From contig MU062090.1 in NCBI GenBank assembly GCA_013265495.1, positions 3,039,679 to 3,103,678 of the forward strand: a DNA stretch of 64,000 nt. Reading direction: 5' to 3'. Source of the DNA: Vicugna vicugna. Its lineage: Eukaryota. This document shows, in pieces, positions 1 to 13,790 of this stretch. Every line of letters begins with the position of its first letter. The first letter of the stretch is position 1. The translations under genes and the position numbers were made by a program. The notes beneath the pieces were generated by a model that saw only the letters and a program-made list of their open reading frames with translations, had not been told where the DNA came from and did no database searches.

Positions 1-319
1 GAATGTACTGGAAATGTATGACATCTTCAATTAGGCTGTAAGGAAAAGACTCACGTTTTATGCGGCTTGAGTATCCTCCCTCTATGTAGTCACACACTCA
101 GAAGTATTTATTGAGCATATACTATCATCAGGAGCTATGCTAGGCATTAGGGATCAATTTGTATACGTCTTTGTAAAGGAACAAGATACAAGTTTTGCTT
201 TGCCTATCTCATTGACAAGGCACCCACTAGGCACTAAACATAATTAATCAGGGTAAGTTTGGGGATAGAGTGTATATAAATAGAAACACTGAATTTCAGA
301 GCTAGCAGGGATCTTAGAC

Positions 320-1235
320 CAGGGATTCTCAGTGGGGACAATGGTGCCTCCTCAGGGGCTTTTTGGAACCTGTGGAGGGTTTGGGGTTGTAAGGTTGTTT
401 AGAGAATATTATGGGATTTTGGGGTGGTTCCAGGGATCAGGGACTTCCTGCAATGTGTAGACTGTCCTGTCAACAAATAATTACATTGCTTCATACACAA
501 TTTTAAAGTGTTTTGCTGGGAGTTCATTAAGATGAATTATAATTAGCAGAAGACAGAACTGAACTCAACATGAAAAGCTTTCTCTTATGTGGTTTTTGGC
601 ATAGACTGAAATTTCCAGATATTCAACTAGGATATAAGTTGAGGGAAAATTGAGTTTTTCTGTTCCAAAGTTTTTTGAGTTGTCCATAATTACAAAAAAG
701 GCCAAAAATCACATCATAAATACTAATTCCCTTCATGTTATTTGAGTCACTAAATCAACACATCATATCAATCTGCATTTTTAATCATGTCTATATCTAC
801 CTATATAAAACTCACAATAATCTGTACAATATACTAATTTAGTTCTGATTTCAAAAGGTCAAAAATTTTAAAAACTCAAAATTACATTGAATATAAACAA
901 CACACACAATTTAAATTGATATAATAAAGAATCATACTAAATATACATAAAAATGAAATAAAACATTTTTAATATAAATGGGTACAAGCAGCAGACTTTT
1001 CATATGTTGTACAGTATAGCTGTGCTGGAGTATTTGCATATTAAAATATATATGACTTTTTCTAGGTTAGTTTCCCTGCTTTTCTCTTTTATATGACAAG
1101 GCATTATACTGGTTTTTTGGAAGTGTGTAAGCAGACTATATAATCTGGGAATTCCACTTCAGGATGTTAAGGGGTGTTCCAAGATGTTTGTTTTGAGAAG
1201 GGGGCTTCAAGTCGTATGAGGGTGAAGGACAGTTG
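320..1235. mobile_element. hAT-Charlie-type DNA transposon fossil (MER113-like)
   Basis: CAGGGATTCTCA-type terminus and a matching far terminus; family name from recall. Confidence 0.45.
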
Positions 1236-2192
1236 TTGCAAGACTATGCTGACCTGAGATCTCTCTGAGTGTTTTTATCTATGCTACAACCCTCGTTTCA
1301 TTGCTGTGGGGTTTTGCTTGCCTTCCTGCCTTCCTTGAGAGCGTTTACACCCCTGGGACAGGGTCTGTGTCCTTTTGAATCTGAGAGCACTAGCACACTG
1401 AAGTCAAGTAGTAACATGCTTGATGAAGTGGATGCTGAAGTCATGGTGACTAGAGCACAACAGAAATGTTGGCAGATAAAACGAGAGCTTGCCTTCCGGT
1501 CACCTACAATGTAGTTTTAGAGATGATCTTAAGGATAGCATCTTGGAAGGGTAATAACAACAAAAGGAAAGAACGTCTTTGGTGCTGGGTATAGTTCTAA
1601 GAACTGGATTTCAGACTCCAGGGGAATCAAGCTGAATTTTAGTGCCTCCTGTCCTTGCCTCCTCATGTCAGAGGTATGTTTCCTACAATAGAAAGGAGGT
1701 TCTAAAATTCATCACCTAAAGGAAGGTTCTAAATACCTCTCAGTTTTGAGTAGGTTTGGAAAATGATGAAAGATGAAATGCCTGAAAATGTGCCTGGGAA
1801 ATACTGAGGGAAAAACGGCCTAGCCCCTGTTATTCAGCCAACGCACACCACGGTGGCTGCCCCTCAACCCCCAATCCCACTGCTAACACACACACATTAA
1901 TCACCATTTCGCACAGGTGCTGTTCTGTAGTGTCCCCCTCTCGGGTCTAGTCAAAAATGCAGCAGACATTCACAAAAAAATTAATAATCAAATGTCCCCA
2001 ACTTTTAACTAAACCAAATCCCCCTTGACATAACAGGGACAAATCCCGATCAAAGGTAAGTGCTGTGCGCCACACCTTGGGGGCATAATGCCAGGTGCTC
2101 TCGACTGGAAGAAGAAACATGCTTCAGAGGGAAAACAAGTTGCAGCTGGTCGCCGTGCGAATCAACCACAGAGCTAATATCCTCCAGCTCAC

Positions 2193-2560
2193 CCACATAG
2201 GGAGAGCCCAGAGGAGGCTCTGGGGCAATCAAGGACCAGCCAGAGAGCCAAAACCAGTCAGTCAAGAAGAGGAAAGGTCAGCTGCAAATACAAGCAACTG
2301 CCAGCATATCAGGTGATTTTCTGGGATGACTTAGGAATTCTTTAGGTATAATAGAAAAAATCAGTGATTTTGCTCTTTTGTCCCTGGGGTTGATGCATCA
2401 GTTTTTCTTGTCACCAGTTTTTCCTACTTTCTATCCACCTGCTGTTGCCCTTCTAAAAACACATTATGAGAAAAAAGGGTGAGATCTTATCTTTTCCACC
2501 TATTAGTGCAAACTGGTATTTCTGCCCCGACTCCTGCCTAAGAAACCATGGTAACAGCCT
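2193..2560 (-). promoter_or_regulatory. Candidate SAMD7 promoter / non-coding first exon
   Basis: Inferred from synteny only. Non-repetitive block with a minus-strand donor TGG|GTGAGC at 2193/2192, a weak TATA-like CTATATAC and an RFX half-site CCATGGTAAC (2546-2555). TAATCA homeodomain sites lie at 1898-1903 and 1985-1990. No SAMD7 coding sequence seen. Confidence 0.25.
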
Positions 2561-3059
2561 TTCTGCCTGGGCAGCTGCAGCTAGAGTGTCCCCCTTGTCA
2601 CTCAGGAGGGAAAGGCTGCCTAGATCTCTGTTCTCAATTAGAGGAAGCTCCTCTGGATTCGAGGCCTTCCAGCCATGCATTTTAGAACACAATTCCAATT
2701 TTGTGGATGTTTAGTTTTATTTGGTGAGCTCGACTAGCTAGCCATATTTCATTGAAACTGTTGAAGGTGTGAAGAGAGGGTAACGATGAAATGGAACATT
2801 GGAGAATGTACCTCCATCTTATAAAACGCCAAAGAAATTTGGCATTTCTGCCCTGGCCTTTGGGAGAAACATGCCAGCATGTTTTTCTTAAGATAACACC
2901 ACCTCAAGGTGCTAATTTGAGTTGAGAGAGAGGGAATTCTCTGTCCATAAATACAAGCAGCTAAGGCCAAAGGACTGATCTTTGTTCTTTCAGCAGAACA
3001 GAGCTTAGGACACAAGGGCACCTGGGACTGAGAATTCACAGTGATGATGAAGATGATGA

Positions 3060-3270
3060 TGGCTAACACTTACTGAGTGCTCCCAATGGATCAAGCCCTG
3101 TGCATGTACTTCTTACATACTATCTCACGTAGTCATCACAACAGACCTGTGAGGCAGGTACTATTATAACTTTCATCTTACAGATGAGGAGGCTGAGGCA
3201 AAGACACAGTTAGACTGGTACTGCTGGTAAGAGACAGAACTGGGATTTGAACCCAAGTCTGTCTGGCTTC
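3060..3270 (-). mobile_element. MIR SINE
   Basis: Reverse of the MIR core (...CAGATGAGGAGGCTGAGGC...GGGATTTGAACCCAAG). Confidence 0.8.
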
Positions 3271-4518
3271 ACAAGCTTCTCACCCTCACACACAGCCTTA
3301 GGTGGGAGTTGAGTGGATTGGAGCAGAACTTACCCTCTTCCACTCCTCACTCCCACCCCCAGGTCTCAGCCACTGGAATTTCTGAGCCTTTTCTATGTTC
3401 TGCTCCTGGTCCTGTCTCCCCAGGTTACTCATTTTCTCTTGAAATTGAGGTCTCATCATGCAGTGATTACTATTGTGTGGTGCTGGAGTATAACTGTCTA
3501 CTCTTAGAAAATGTAGGGTGAGCATAAGCCTCTTGAGGCTCTATGTAACGATGCTGGGCACTCTTTGGCTAAGGGAACTTGAGTCCATAGCTGCCATCTT
3601 TCCGGTTCTAATTTTGGAAGCACTATGATTAAGAATGTAGCAAATCTAGCTGGAAGCCTACTTTACATATTCAAAAGGGTAAGGCTTTCCTTTGTTTGCT
3701 TGCTCTGGACACAGATTCCAAACAGCAGGAATGATGCTTATGCAAAGATATTTCTCATATATTGAAAACTAGATGGATACCTGGTGTGCACACTGGCCAT
3801 GGGAAATCTTGAGTATCCTGGCAGGTTGCTAGGACTTCCATGTGCATGAGACCTCAAAGTCTTGGAAAATGAGGTAGGGAATTTTGGGAAGTTACCAATT
3901 CCTAGAGCATCAAGATGAAGACTCTCAAACAAAGACATGATGAAGGCTGCCCTTGATTTAGGGGAACTGGTTTACACTAAAAAGCAGAGAACGTACCATG
4001 TCTTGAATGAAAGAAGGAAAGTGGATCCCTGGAGAAGAGTTCAAGGACAATGGGAGAAGTACTCCAATACCTGCCCACATTTCTCTAGATCCGGGAAATA
4101 TATCCCAAGTCCCTCAAAGGAGCAGACTACCTTGTGGCTCAAAGAATGTAACAGCCAGTGTAAGTCCAGGCCACTGGAAGTTAGGCCCAAAAAGCTGTGT
4201 TTGTTGGCAGGGGATAATCTCTTCTACAGCTTTAAGGATTATTGCAGTGAAAGGAGAGAGCTGAGAATCATATTCCAGTGATAGGGAAGTAGCAGCCACA
4301 AACTCAGGCCACCAAGAAGCAGAACAGGCAATCTGAGCCACAGCTTCATGTGTTGAGAAAGCTTCAGGAGCAAGACTGGGAGGTCTGCCTTTGAGCCAAC
4401 AGAAAAAGGAGGAGATCTTGGGGCCTTGAAGCCCACTGACTTCCTTGGAAAACTCAGCGTCCAACGTAGTGCAATCGTCCTCAAGGCCAGGGAGCCTGGC
4501 GACATAAAGGTCACCCCA

Positions 4519-4961
4519 TGTTATGGGTCGAATTATGTCCCTCCAAAATTTATGTGTTGAAGTCCTAACCCTCAGTACCTCAGAATGTGACCTTACTGGA
4601 GATAGGGCCTAGTAATCAAGTTAAAATAGGGTCAGTAGGATGGGCCCTAATCCAGACTGGTGTCCTAATAAAAAGGGAATCTGAGACGCTGACATGCATA
4701 CAGGGAGAACACCATGTGAACATGAAGGCAGAAATCAGAGTGATGTTTCAATGAGCCAAGGTACAGTAACTATTGTCAGTACTCCACCACAAACTAGGGG
4801 AGAGGTGTGGAACCAGTTCTTCCTCACAGCTCTCTCAGAAGGAACGAAGCCTGCCCTCACCTTGACCTTCCAGCCTTCAGAACTGTGAGATGATAAATTT
4901 CTGTTTTTTACGCCACCCAGTTTGTGCATCTTTGTTATGGCAGCTGTAGGCAACTAATACA
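4519..4961 (+). mobile_element. MaLR solo LTR (MLT1-type)
   Basis: TGTTATGGGTCGAATTATGTCCCTCCAAAA...TTATGGCAGC...CTAATACA, the characteristic MLT1 ends. Confidence 0.85.
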
Positions 4962-5724
4962 CCCAGTTCAGTCCTCAGAGCACCAGGTACTGGAACATTT
5001 TAGTTATAATATCAGGAAACCAAAGGGATGGCAGCTCCTGCTATCACAATGAGCTTATGCCCCTTAAATCACGTTCTCTCTCCATCTAGGCCATGTTCTG
5101 GTGAATGACTAGGATGTCCTCTCTGCTGAAGCACGAGTGCAAATCCTATAAAATCCTACATGCACAAATAACCATTCGGTCCACGCTTGAACAATGAATA
5201 GGCAACTATTATATGCCCAGCAACCATTAAGATTTTTAAAACATGACAAACAAAATTGGGTTAAACACCCAGTTGTCCCCTTTTCAAAGTATTTTGATGA
5301 ATGGATCCATTGAAGCCTGTCTACAGTGTTGCCACCCTGCCAGTCCTCCAGAGGTCAGGTGAGGGTGGAGAGGAACAGTGAGTTAGCACATTGGGGCGTA
5401 CAGCAAGGGTCATCTGCTTCAACAACACTTTATGGTTCCTGTATGAAATATTTAATTGCACTAAATGCTATAGGATTGCCCCTTCTAGAGCAGAAATCCT
5501 GTATGGAAAAATGACCAAGATAATCATGGCCTCTTTTTCTTGGCTTTTCCTTAGAGGTGAAATTAGAGCAGAGATTTATTGGTCTATTTCATCTAATTTT
5601 GTTGGATTCCACTAGAGCCTTTGAAATTCTTGTTTCTGAGGAACATTATCTCTGGTGTGCGATTTAGGAATACAAAGAAAGATGGTGATTGGATGAAAGA
5701 TGGTGGTTGGATATAAGCCTTTAA

Positions 5725-6730
5725 AAAATCTTTTTATTGTGGATAATTTCAAATATATACTGAAGGAAACAGACTAGAAAAATGACCCTGAGTGCACTAA
5801 CCGTGTAGCTACAACAGTTACAAACTCATACTTACTCTTGTTTCAGTTATGCCGTCTGCTTCTCCTTCCCGACCCTGGGTTGTACTGAAGCAAATGCCAG
5901 CTATGATATCATTTCATCCACCAATGTTTCTCCAAAAGAGAAAGACCTTCAAAAAATTATCATGAACCCATCACCACACCTAAAACATTAACAATTTTAA
6001 GTAATATCTATTGTCCAGTCAGTGTTCAAGTTTCCCTGTCTTGTGGTTTTTGGAAAAGTTGGTTTGTTTGAGTGAGAACTTTAAAAATGCCCACATGTTG
6101 CATTTGGTTTCTGGGCCTTGGGTTTCTTTTAAATCATATGTCCTTCCCCCCCCCCTTCTTTTTCCTCAAAATACATTTGTTTAAGAAAACAGGTTATCTT
6201 TCCTGTCGAGTCTCCCAGTTTGATTTTGCTTATTGAATTCCTGTGGTGGTGTTAATATGTTCCACAGCCACTATTTCCTAAAACCTTGTTATAAGATCTA
6301 GGGCTTAATCTGATTGAGGTTTGATATTTTGGCAGGACCACTTTACACAAAGATGGTGTTGGACCTCCCAGCAGGAAGCACATCCTGTTCAGTTCTCTCT
6401 CTTCTTGTGATGTTAATGGCTATTGATAGTCATAGCCTACATCTTATTTCATTTGAGATTTGCCAAATGACAATATTCTGAGTCTACTATTCCTAGTGTG
6501 TGATGGTACATCTCACAAAGGAAAGGCAGGTTCAGTGCTTGATTCTTTTCAGAATAATTAGTTGTTTCACTAACATCTTTCAAAGTTGACCAATGAGATT
6601 ATTTTTGACATATCATTATGAACTCATGACTTTTTAATTTATTTAATATATTCTAATCCATTGTTGGCATCAATGCTCCAACTGTCCCATCTTTGACTAC
6701 TTGGTGTTGTTTCAAGTTGGTGCTTGAATC
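5725..6730 (-). mobile_element. Old L1 (L1M-type) 3' region
   Basis: Typical antisense L1M 3' UTR text; boundaries approximate. Confidence 0.6.
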
Positions 6731-9554
6731 CTGCACATGAGATGTTTACTGCTTTTGGGAAAATGGCATAAGGACCCTTTCCAGAGCTTTCACTCATAGA
6801 GCAGTGGTATCCAAACTTTTTTATTCTGAACTCCCATTAGAAAATATTTTCATGTGAAAATTACCACTATATGTTTATTTATAAATTATACACATGTGCT
6901 ATTAAACATATTATGTGCAAAAAAAAACATATTATGTGCATAATAAGATACCCTAAATAGAAATTTTAAGTGATGAGATAAATTTGAAATACACAATATT
7001 TTAAAAATGATGGCCACCTGGGAGGTTACTGGATATAGCCCTCTTAGCCAACACAACAGAGCTGGGTGGGGAGAATCTTGGCTATGGCAGAGAGCTCCAC
7101 CTTTGCCTGGTGAGAAGCCAGGCATCATAAAAGACACCAGGCTGTTGGCCTCCAATCCTGGTGCCTGGAAAGCTCAGCCCAGTTTCCTGCCAAGAGTTTG
7201 GCCATGAGCACGGCTGAGATTCCTAAAGTATCCTGGCACCCCATCAGGCTCTTTCAATGTCCAACAATCTGGTGAGCAGGCCTGAGTTGGATAAATGTCC
7301 AGAAGAGGAGACACACAGGCTGGCTTCAGAGATGTGGAAACAGAATCCTATTCATCCCTCTGAGAAGGAAAAATGTGAAGTTAAGAAGTGTGACTCCCTT
7401 TGAGAAGGGGAGCAGCTCTGATGAAAAAGGACTGGTAAAGCAAATTACTGTAAAAGAACGTTTTCATTGCCTTCCTATTCCGATAAACAAAGCCAGAGGA
7501 TAAACAAATATTTACGACTCAGACTGCTACACAGAGGACTTGTTTAAGTAATCTGGTTGAGACAAATTCTCAAAGACTCAAGTAAAGATTTAGCTCCATC
7601 ACAAGTATCAGATTTCCTCGGTTGTGCTTTTATGATATTCAGTTTATGAGGACACTCCTACTGCCAAATTGTTTTGATATCCATCTAAATTGCAAACCTT
7701 CATGCTTGTCAATAACTTGGAAACATGTGGAAATTGTGAAACATTAGGAAGGAAAGGAAGGCTGGTGTTGGAAGTAATGGTGGTTTATGCAAGGAAGCTG
7801 TTATTATCTCTTCAGTATATCTGAACATAAAATCAGCTCTGATTTTCCCAATAGAAGAACAATCTTTTGTTCTCCAAAACAATAAAAAGAAAAGTCAGAA
7901 CAGCATCTGGCTTTCGAAACGGTGGCCACATTCCCTGCCACCATTTTGTAAAAGTTTAAATGCAAATTTGGATAAAATAAAAATTTCTCCTCTGGCAATT
8001 TCTAAATTTAAACATGGAATTTTACTCATAATTTACATCTGTCACAAAGAAAGTTAAGAGCTGGAAGGACCTCAGAGAGTAAGATCATCTTTAAGAGGAA
8101 ACAGAAACTTCTAAGTTGTTCATTATCTGAAATTTTACTCTAAGTTATTCATTCCTATAAGTTAAGGGTTGCTAACCCTAGAGGAATGGAAATATGCCTA
8201 GAAAGCAGGATATTTGTTGCTAGCATTTTGCGTGAATCAGTTTTTCTGATTGGAGGGACCCAGGCAGAGATATTTTGCAAATTTTGTGTGATAATCTCTT
8301 CAAATGATGGGAAATGTTTCTACCTATTGATTTTGTTCTATACAAACAGTTAAGTTCTGTTTTTGTAATACCAACTATTCTTACTGAAAAATAAAATTGG
8401 ACCAATTTTAAGATCTATACTAGAGATTTATCCCAAAAGTTTAGTTCTCAAAATTGGAAACAAAGGTCCTGAGCTTTTTATTTGGTCATAATCACCTTCA
8501 CCTTCAGAAGGGCTGGCTATCTCTTCAATTATGTGGTAGTAACTCATTACCCTTACTGATCAGTTGTAAAATACCTTGGGATTCTAAATGATTTTTCTAC
8601 TAATGCTCAGCTTCACCAATTTATCCAAAAAGGAGACAGACAGATTACATCATCATGGAAAAATCTTCCATTCCATGTGATTTCCCAACTGGATGAAGTT
8701 CTTAGGGGCCCCGGCGGGCAGGCAGACGTTGACAAGACAACTGTGCTCTCTCTATCATGTAAACAAGTGAAAACAACTCCAAACTATAAAATACTTGTAG
8801 GGAATCCAGCAAAGGATTTCTATTTCTCATGAAGACTGCTTCAATTTTTTTTCAAACATAAAATATCAAATTTTTCTTAAAAAGAGGTGTTTTGGTGCTT
8901 TTCTCTTGGTGATCAGTGTGTGCCTGATCCTCTTCCCCTTGGCTGACTCAGTCCACATGTTCTTGTCACAAAAGATAACTTGCTACATAAAGTTGGATGC
9001 GTGTCAGTTTCTTGGGAACAGGCTTATCAGTTAATAAACAAGTTTTATTAAGCATTTGCTGATGTCCAGTACTGTGCTGAGCACTGCAGGGAACTCTAAG
9101 ACTTGTAAGTATGAAGGTGGTATATCATTCAGAGCATTTATAATCTGGTTAAGAAAGACAAGTTACATGAAAAACAAGGCAACAACCAAACGTCAGTCGT
9201 TAGGCAACATGGGTCTGGAACTGAGTGTTTGAGAGGCACTTTGGAAAGAAGTTGGACTTGTGGGTTGTTTTGTACTACTTAAATTTTATTTTACATTTGG
9301 AGTAAAAAGGTTCAAAGTTCCAAAAGTTAAAAATTCCAAAGACCTTCCTTCCTCCGCTATACTTCAACTCCAACTTCCCTCCTCAAAGGCAATCGATATT
9401 ACTGTCTTTTTGTATCTTTTTTTCAGAGATGTTTTGTGCATATGTAAATGTGAGTAGGTATATTCTTCCCCTTTAGAACTACAAATGTAGCTACTCTGTG
9501 CCTTGAAACACAGAGTGGTAGTATGGTATAACTACTAAAAGCCGAGGCTTTGGG

Positions 9555-10185
9555 TAGTGGGCTGAGGGAAATAGATGAGGGAGATGAAGAGGTACAAACT
9601 CCAGGAGCACGATAAATGAGTCATGGGGATGAAATGTACACAGAGGGAAATACAGTCAGTAATAATGTAATACCTTTGCATGATGACAGATGGTAACTAG
9701 ACTTATCATGGTGATCATTTTGTATAGTGTACAGAAATACTGAATTACTATGTTGTGCACCAGGAACTAAGACAGTATTGTAGGTCAAGTATATGTCAAG
9801 AAAAAAACCAAACTCATAGAGAAAGATCAGATTTGTGGCTGCCAGAGGCAGGAGGTAGGCAGGGAGAAGGAATTGGAGGAAGATGGTCAGAAGGTATAAC
9901 CTTCCAGTTATAAGTAAGTCCTAGGGATATAATATACATGATTAATATAATTAACACTGCTGTATGTTGCATATGAAAGTTAAGAGAGCAAATCCTAAGA
10001 GTTCTCATCATAAGCAAAAAAAAAATTTTTCTTTTTCTTTCCTTTTGTATCTATGTGAGATGATGGATATTCACTAAACTTATATGATAATCATTCCATC
10101 ATGTAAGTCAAATCATCATTGCTGTACACCTTAAACTTATTAAGTGCTGTATGTTAACTGTATCTCAATAAAACTGGAAGAAAAA
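9555..10185 (+). mobile_element. L1 3' ends (two tandem 3' UTR segments)
   Basis: Laurasiatherian-type L1 3' UTR ending CTCAATAAAACTGGAAGAAAAA. Confidence 0.8.
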
Positions 10186-10300
10186 CAAAGCTAAGATTCT
10201 GAAGCCTGTGTTCTTGAGGTGGGAAGCCCCATGAAAAAGACGGCAGGACCTCCAAGCAGGGCCACTACTCTCCTGCCAGCACCATCCAGTTCCCTGGTCC

Positions 10301-10737
10301 TGCAGCATTACCTTGCTTTTTGCCTTTGAAACGGCTTGCTTCTAGAAAAGCAGAACTTACCACTAAGATTCTATTGGTTCCCTATGCTAACTCCTGATTG
10401 GTCCATTTGTAGCACCTTATTTGCATGGAGCTCACTCCTGGTTAGTCCATTTCTGTCACTCCTGATCAGTCCATTTCTACAAAGCTCATTCCTAATTAGT
10501 CAACTTTGTTACACCTTATTTGCATATGATGCTGCAAAGTGTAGACTGGCAGCCTATAAAAGCCTGTGTAAACCTACAGACTGGGTCCAGAGCTTGGAGT
10601 GTTAACTCCTCTGGACCCGCTGGTGTAATAAACCCAAGTTCTCCAACCTTCCAAGTGCTACTTGGTCTCTTGCCAGGATCCAGGTTGCTGTCACAACCTA
10701 GCTGTAACACTGAGCCGTAACACACTTTGCTGCAACA
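10301..10737 (+). mobile_element. ERV1 solo LTR
   Basis: CCAAT-box repeats, CTATAAAA, AATAAA, and a repeated GTAACA end; the 5' edge is approximate. Confidence 0.7.
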
Positions 10738-10774
10738 TTCCAATCTTGGCTCTGTCATTTTTTTTTTTTTTTAC

Positions 10775-10940
10775 CAGTGTGACCTTGGGCAAAAGTTACT
10801 GAGACTGTTTTCCAGTCCGTAAAATGGAGGAAAGTATGAGTACCTGTCTCTTAAGGTTGTCAAGGATTAAACAAGCTAATGCATATTAAATACTTAGAAC
10901 AGTGCCTAGCATGTAGAAAGCATTGTAATATGTTAAATAT
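10775..10940 (+). mobile_element. MIR SINE
   Basis: GTGTGACCTTGGGCAAA...GTAAAATGG...AGAACAGTGCCTAGCA. Confidence 0.8.
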
Positions 10941-11372
10941 CACTATTTTCACTTAATACATCTTGGAGATTGTTCCATATCAGCATAAACAGAGGACTTA
11001 TTGATTCACTTGCAATTGCTTAATATTTCATTGAAGGACATGCTATATTGTGCTTGGCCTTAAATGATGAGTAATATTTAGAAAATTAGGAAAACAGTGC
11101 TGTCATGCTGCCTCAGGAGGTAGAGCAAAAGTAACATACTATCACTATGCACCTCCAACTGGCTAAAATTTAAGACTGACCATACAGTGTTGGCAAGGAT
11201 GTGGAACAACTGGAACTCTCTCACACACTGCTGATGAGTATGTAAAATGGTGTGACCATTATGGAAAGCAGTGGCAGTTTGGCAACTTCTTACGAACTTA
11301 AACACACATCTGTCTCATGAGTTAACCATTGTACTGCTAAGTATTCACTTGAGAGAAAGAAAAACATATATT

Positions 11373-11915
11373 TGTCACTAGCAAAGCCCACTGAGGTCTC
11401 TGGGAAAAATATGATGAAATCTAGGTGATAAGGTCTAACCTCTTCTTTTGTGCTTAATCTAGTTTCACTTGCCTACAGGTGGCCGTGTAAAGAGGCCTTG
11501 CACCTAACACTTTGGATTAGAGCTCCCGGCGAAGAATTGTGCTCCCGACACCCCAACTTGGCAGGCCATGTGCAGAAGTGCTGCTCTCAACCCCTCAATT
11601 CAAGGTGACTGTATACCATGTGCAGAGATGCTGCACCTGGCATTTCAATCTGAAGTGTAGGGTGCAACACGATAGTGCTGGGCTGCAAGAACTCCATCCC
11701 TTCCCTCCGCAGATGAAAACTCTATGAAGCAACCCTGCCAAGGGCCTTTTGGAGAGAGCAAGTACTTTAGAGCATGAGGTCACACCTCTCCATTCTTTGA
11801 TCAAAGAATAAAGCTTTCCTTTGCTTCTGAACCAAACTCGGTCTCATTTTATTGGTACGAGTGACACCAGGCAGAAGGACCCTTGTTGGCACCCAACTCA
11901 AAAGCATAGGTAACA
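11373..11915 (+). mobile_element. 5' LTR of the provirus
   Basis: TG...CA ends, AATAAA in the R region, followed directly by the PBS. Confidence 0.85.
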
Positions 11916-11920
11916 AATTC

Positions 11921-11938
11921 TGGCAACCCTGATGGGAT
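11921..11938 (+). other. Primer-binding site, tRNA-Arg type
   Basis: TGGCAACCCTGATGGGAT matches TGGCGACCCAGATGGGAC (complement of a tRNA-Arg 3' end, recalled) at 15/18, 5 nt after the LTR. Confidence 0.7.
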
Positions 11939-12289
11939 GATGGACCGTGGCCTTTTTGCCTGCATGTATCCACCAGGCTCCAGGCTCACCCTGGCTCCAG
12001 CGGGAAATGACAGAAGCTTTGGGAGGTTTCCGTGAGGATGATCAACTCTAGTCTTTGAGTATACTCTGAAGGGGAAGAATGGCAGCAGTCTTTGGCCAAA
12101 TTCAGAGCAACTCTGCCCAGAAACCCAGGTGCAGTGTGCACAGAGTGTAGCCCCCAGAATCATTTGGTCTGTGCCCACTTGAGGGGAGCATACTGCGGCA
12201 TCACTAGGGATTGGAGACTAAAATTCATGCATGTCTGCCCACTGCCTGTGGCTAGCCTTCCCGCATTACTGGATGCCCTTGGAACAAGA

Positions 12290-12780
12290 TTGTATAGAAA
12301 CAGTAGACAATCTATTCCAGTTGTCCTGGCCTAGGAAGCGAGACTCCCAGAACTCTGAAGAGGAATGGTTCACAGACAGGAGTAGTTTTATGAGGGAGGG
12401 AAAAAGGCTGGCAGGATATGCAGTAACCTCCCAGATCCAGGTAATAGAAACAAGAAGCCTATCCCCAGGGACCCCTGCCTAAAAGGTGGAGCTTACAGCC
12501 CTCACCTGAGCCTTAAAGCTCAGGACAGAGCTCTTCAGTGTTTACACAGATTCCCAGCATAGTATGCATATGCCATGCATACAGGGTTATTTGGAAGGAA
12601 AGAGGTATGCTTCCTGCAGAGAATAAACAGGTGAAGCATACCAAAACTCTTAGAAGCAGTACAGCTTCCCAAAAAGGTGGCAGTGATTCACTGTAGAGGT
12701 CACTAAAAGGGAACGCAGAGGTCATAAAGGAAATAAGGTAGATGCAACTGCCAAAAGGGCGGCCCTAGAACCAGCAATTT
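12290..12780 (+). pseudogene. ERV pol remnant (RNase H)
   Basis: EEWFTDRSSFMREGKRLAGYAVT...PA*KVELTALT*ALKL...VYTDS...VAVIHCRGH* follows the gammaretroviral RNase H pattern (WFTDGSS, AELIAL, IYTDS, IHCPGHQK), with stops and frameshifts. Confidence 0.9.
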
Positions 12781-13369
12781 GACAACTATCCCTCATACCT
12801 TGAAGGCCAGATCTATTCAATTATTCCCCAATCTATGCAAAGGAAAAAATAGACAAAGCCAGAACATGCGGCTTCAATAGGAATTTGCTGTCACCTCATG
12901 GCAAACAAATTTCTTCTGTAATGTGACCAGAGATATTCAGGAAGAATGGACTTCCCTAATTGTTACATTTGTCACGTCCAACCTGAAATAGGAAAGGACA
13001 ATCACACACATTTAAAAGGAACCCCAACAACTGAGAAGCACTAAATACCTTCCTCCTCTCAGCAGGCAAAAACTGTAAATAAGTTGAAGTCGAAACTAGT
13101 CTCAGTTGTGACACTCATGGACCAACAGCATCAACAATGTGTTAATCTGGCAGTCTGATGAGGGCAAGCGCAGTCGTTTGGCACCTGGGTGCCCCAGGAG
13201 GACCCCAGCTATACTTACATGGGTTAAAAAAAAACAACAGAGCACTGACTCTTTGAGGATTCAAGCCAATGGCATAGGGCCAGTGTGCTTAGAAAGAGGA
13301 TACATGTTCTTGGGTAAGCCCCTAAATGCAAACTACCTGTGAAGCAGCCCAAATCTTTAAACACCAAAT

Positions 13370-13740
13370 AAAAATCTGTTGGCTCACTGGTCAGTATGGT
13401 CCTAAATGCCTGAATTGGCCCTAGATTAATCTGCTGGCTGACAAGAGAGGGGCCTGTGCACTGGCCAGTTAGTCATGTTGATTTTACATCAATTCAAGTG
13501 GCCTGATTGAAGAAAGTGCAGACAGGCCACTGGAAAAAAGCAGCTTGGCTACCAGAAGCCAGCCAGCCTAATCTGACCTAACAAATATAGAGCTGGGTAA
13601 AACAGGTCCTTCCCACTACCACTTGGTTTCTACATTTCTGGGGCCACTTAATCACCGTTGTCCTCTTGCTGATATTTGGGCTGTGTATCTTAAATTGTCT
13701 GGCGTCCTTTGTCATAAGTTTATAAGACAGGCTGGGACCT
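13370..13740 (+). pseudogene. ERV env TM remnant
   Basis: Degraded immunosuppressive-domain region, SC*FYINSSG (CX6CC remnant, 13473-13502) and the membrane anchor FLGPL/ITVVLLLIFGLCILNCLASFV. Confidence 0.85.
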
Positions 13741-13790
13741 GGGACCTGCAACCCTTTACCATGGTGTTTGCACCTGGACAAATGTCTCCT

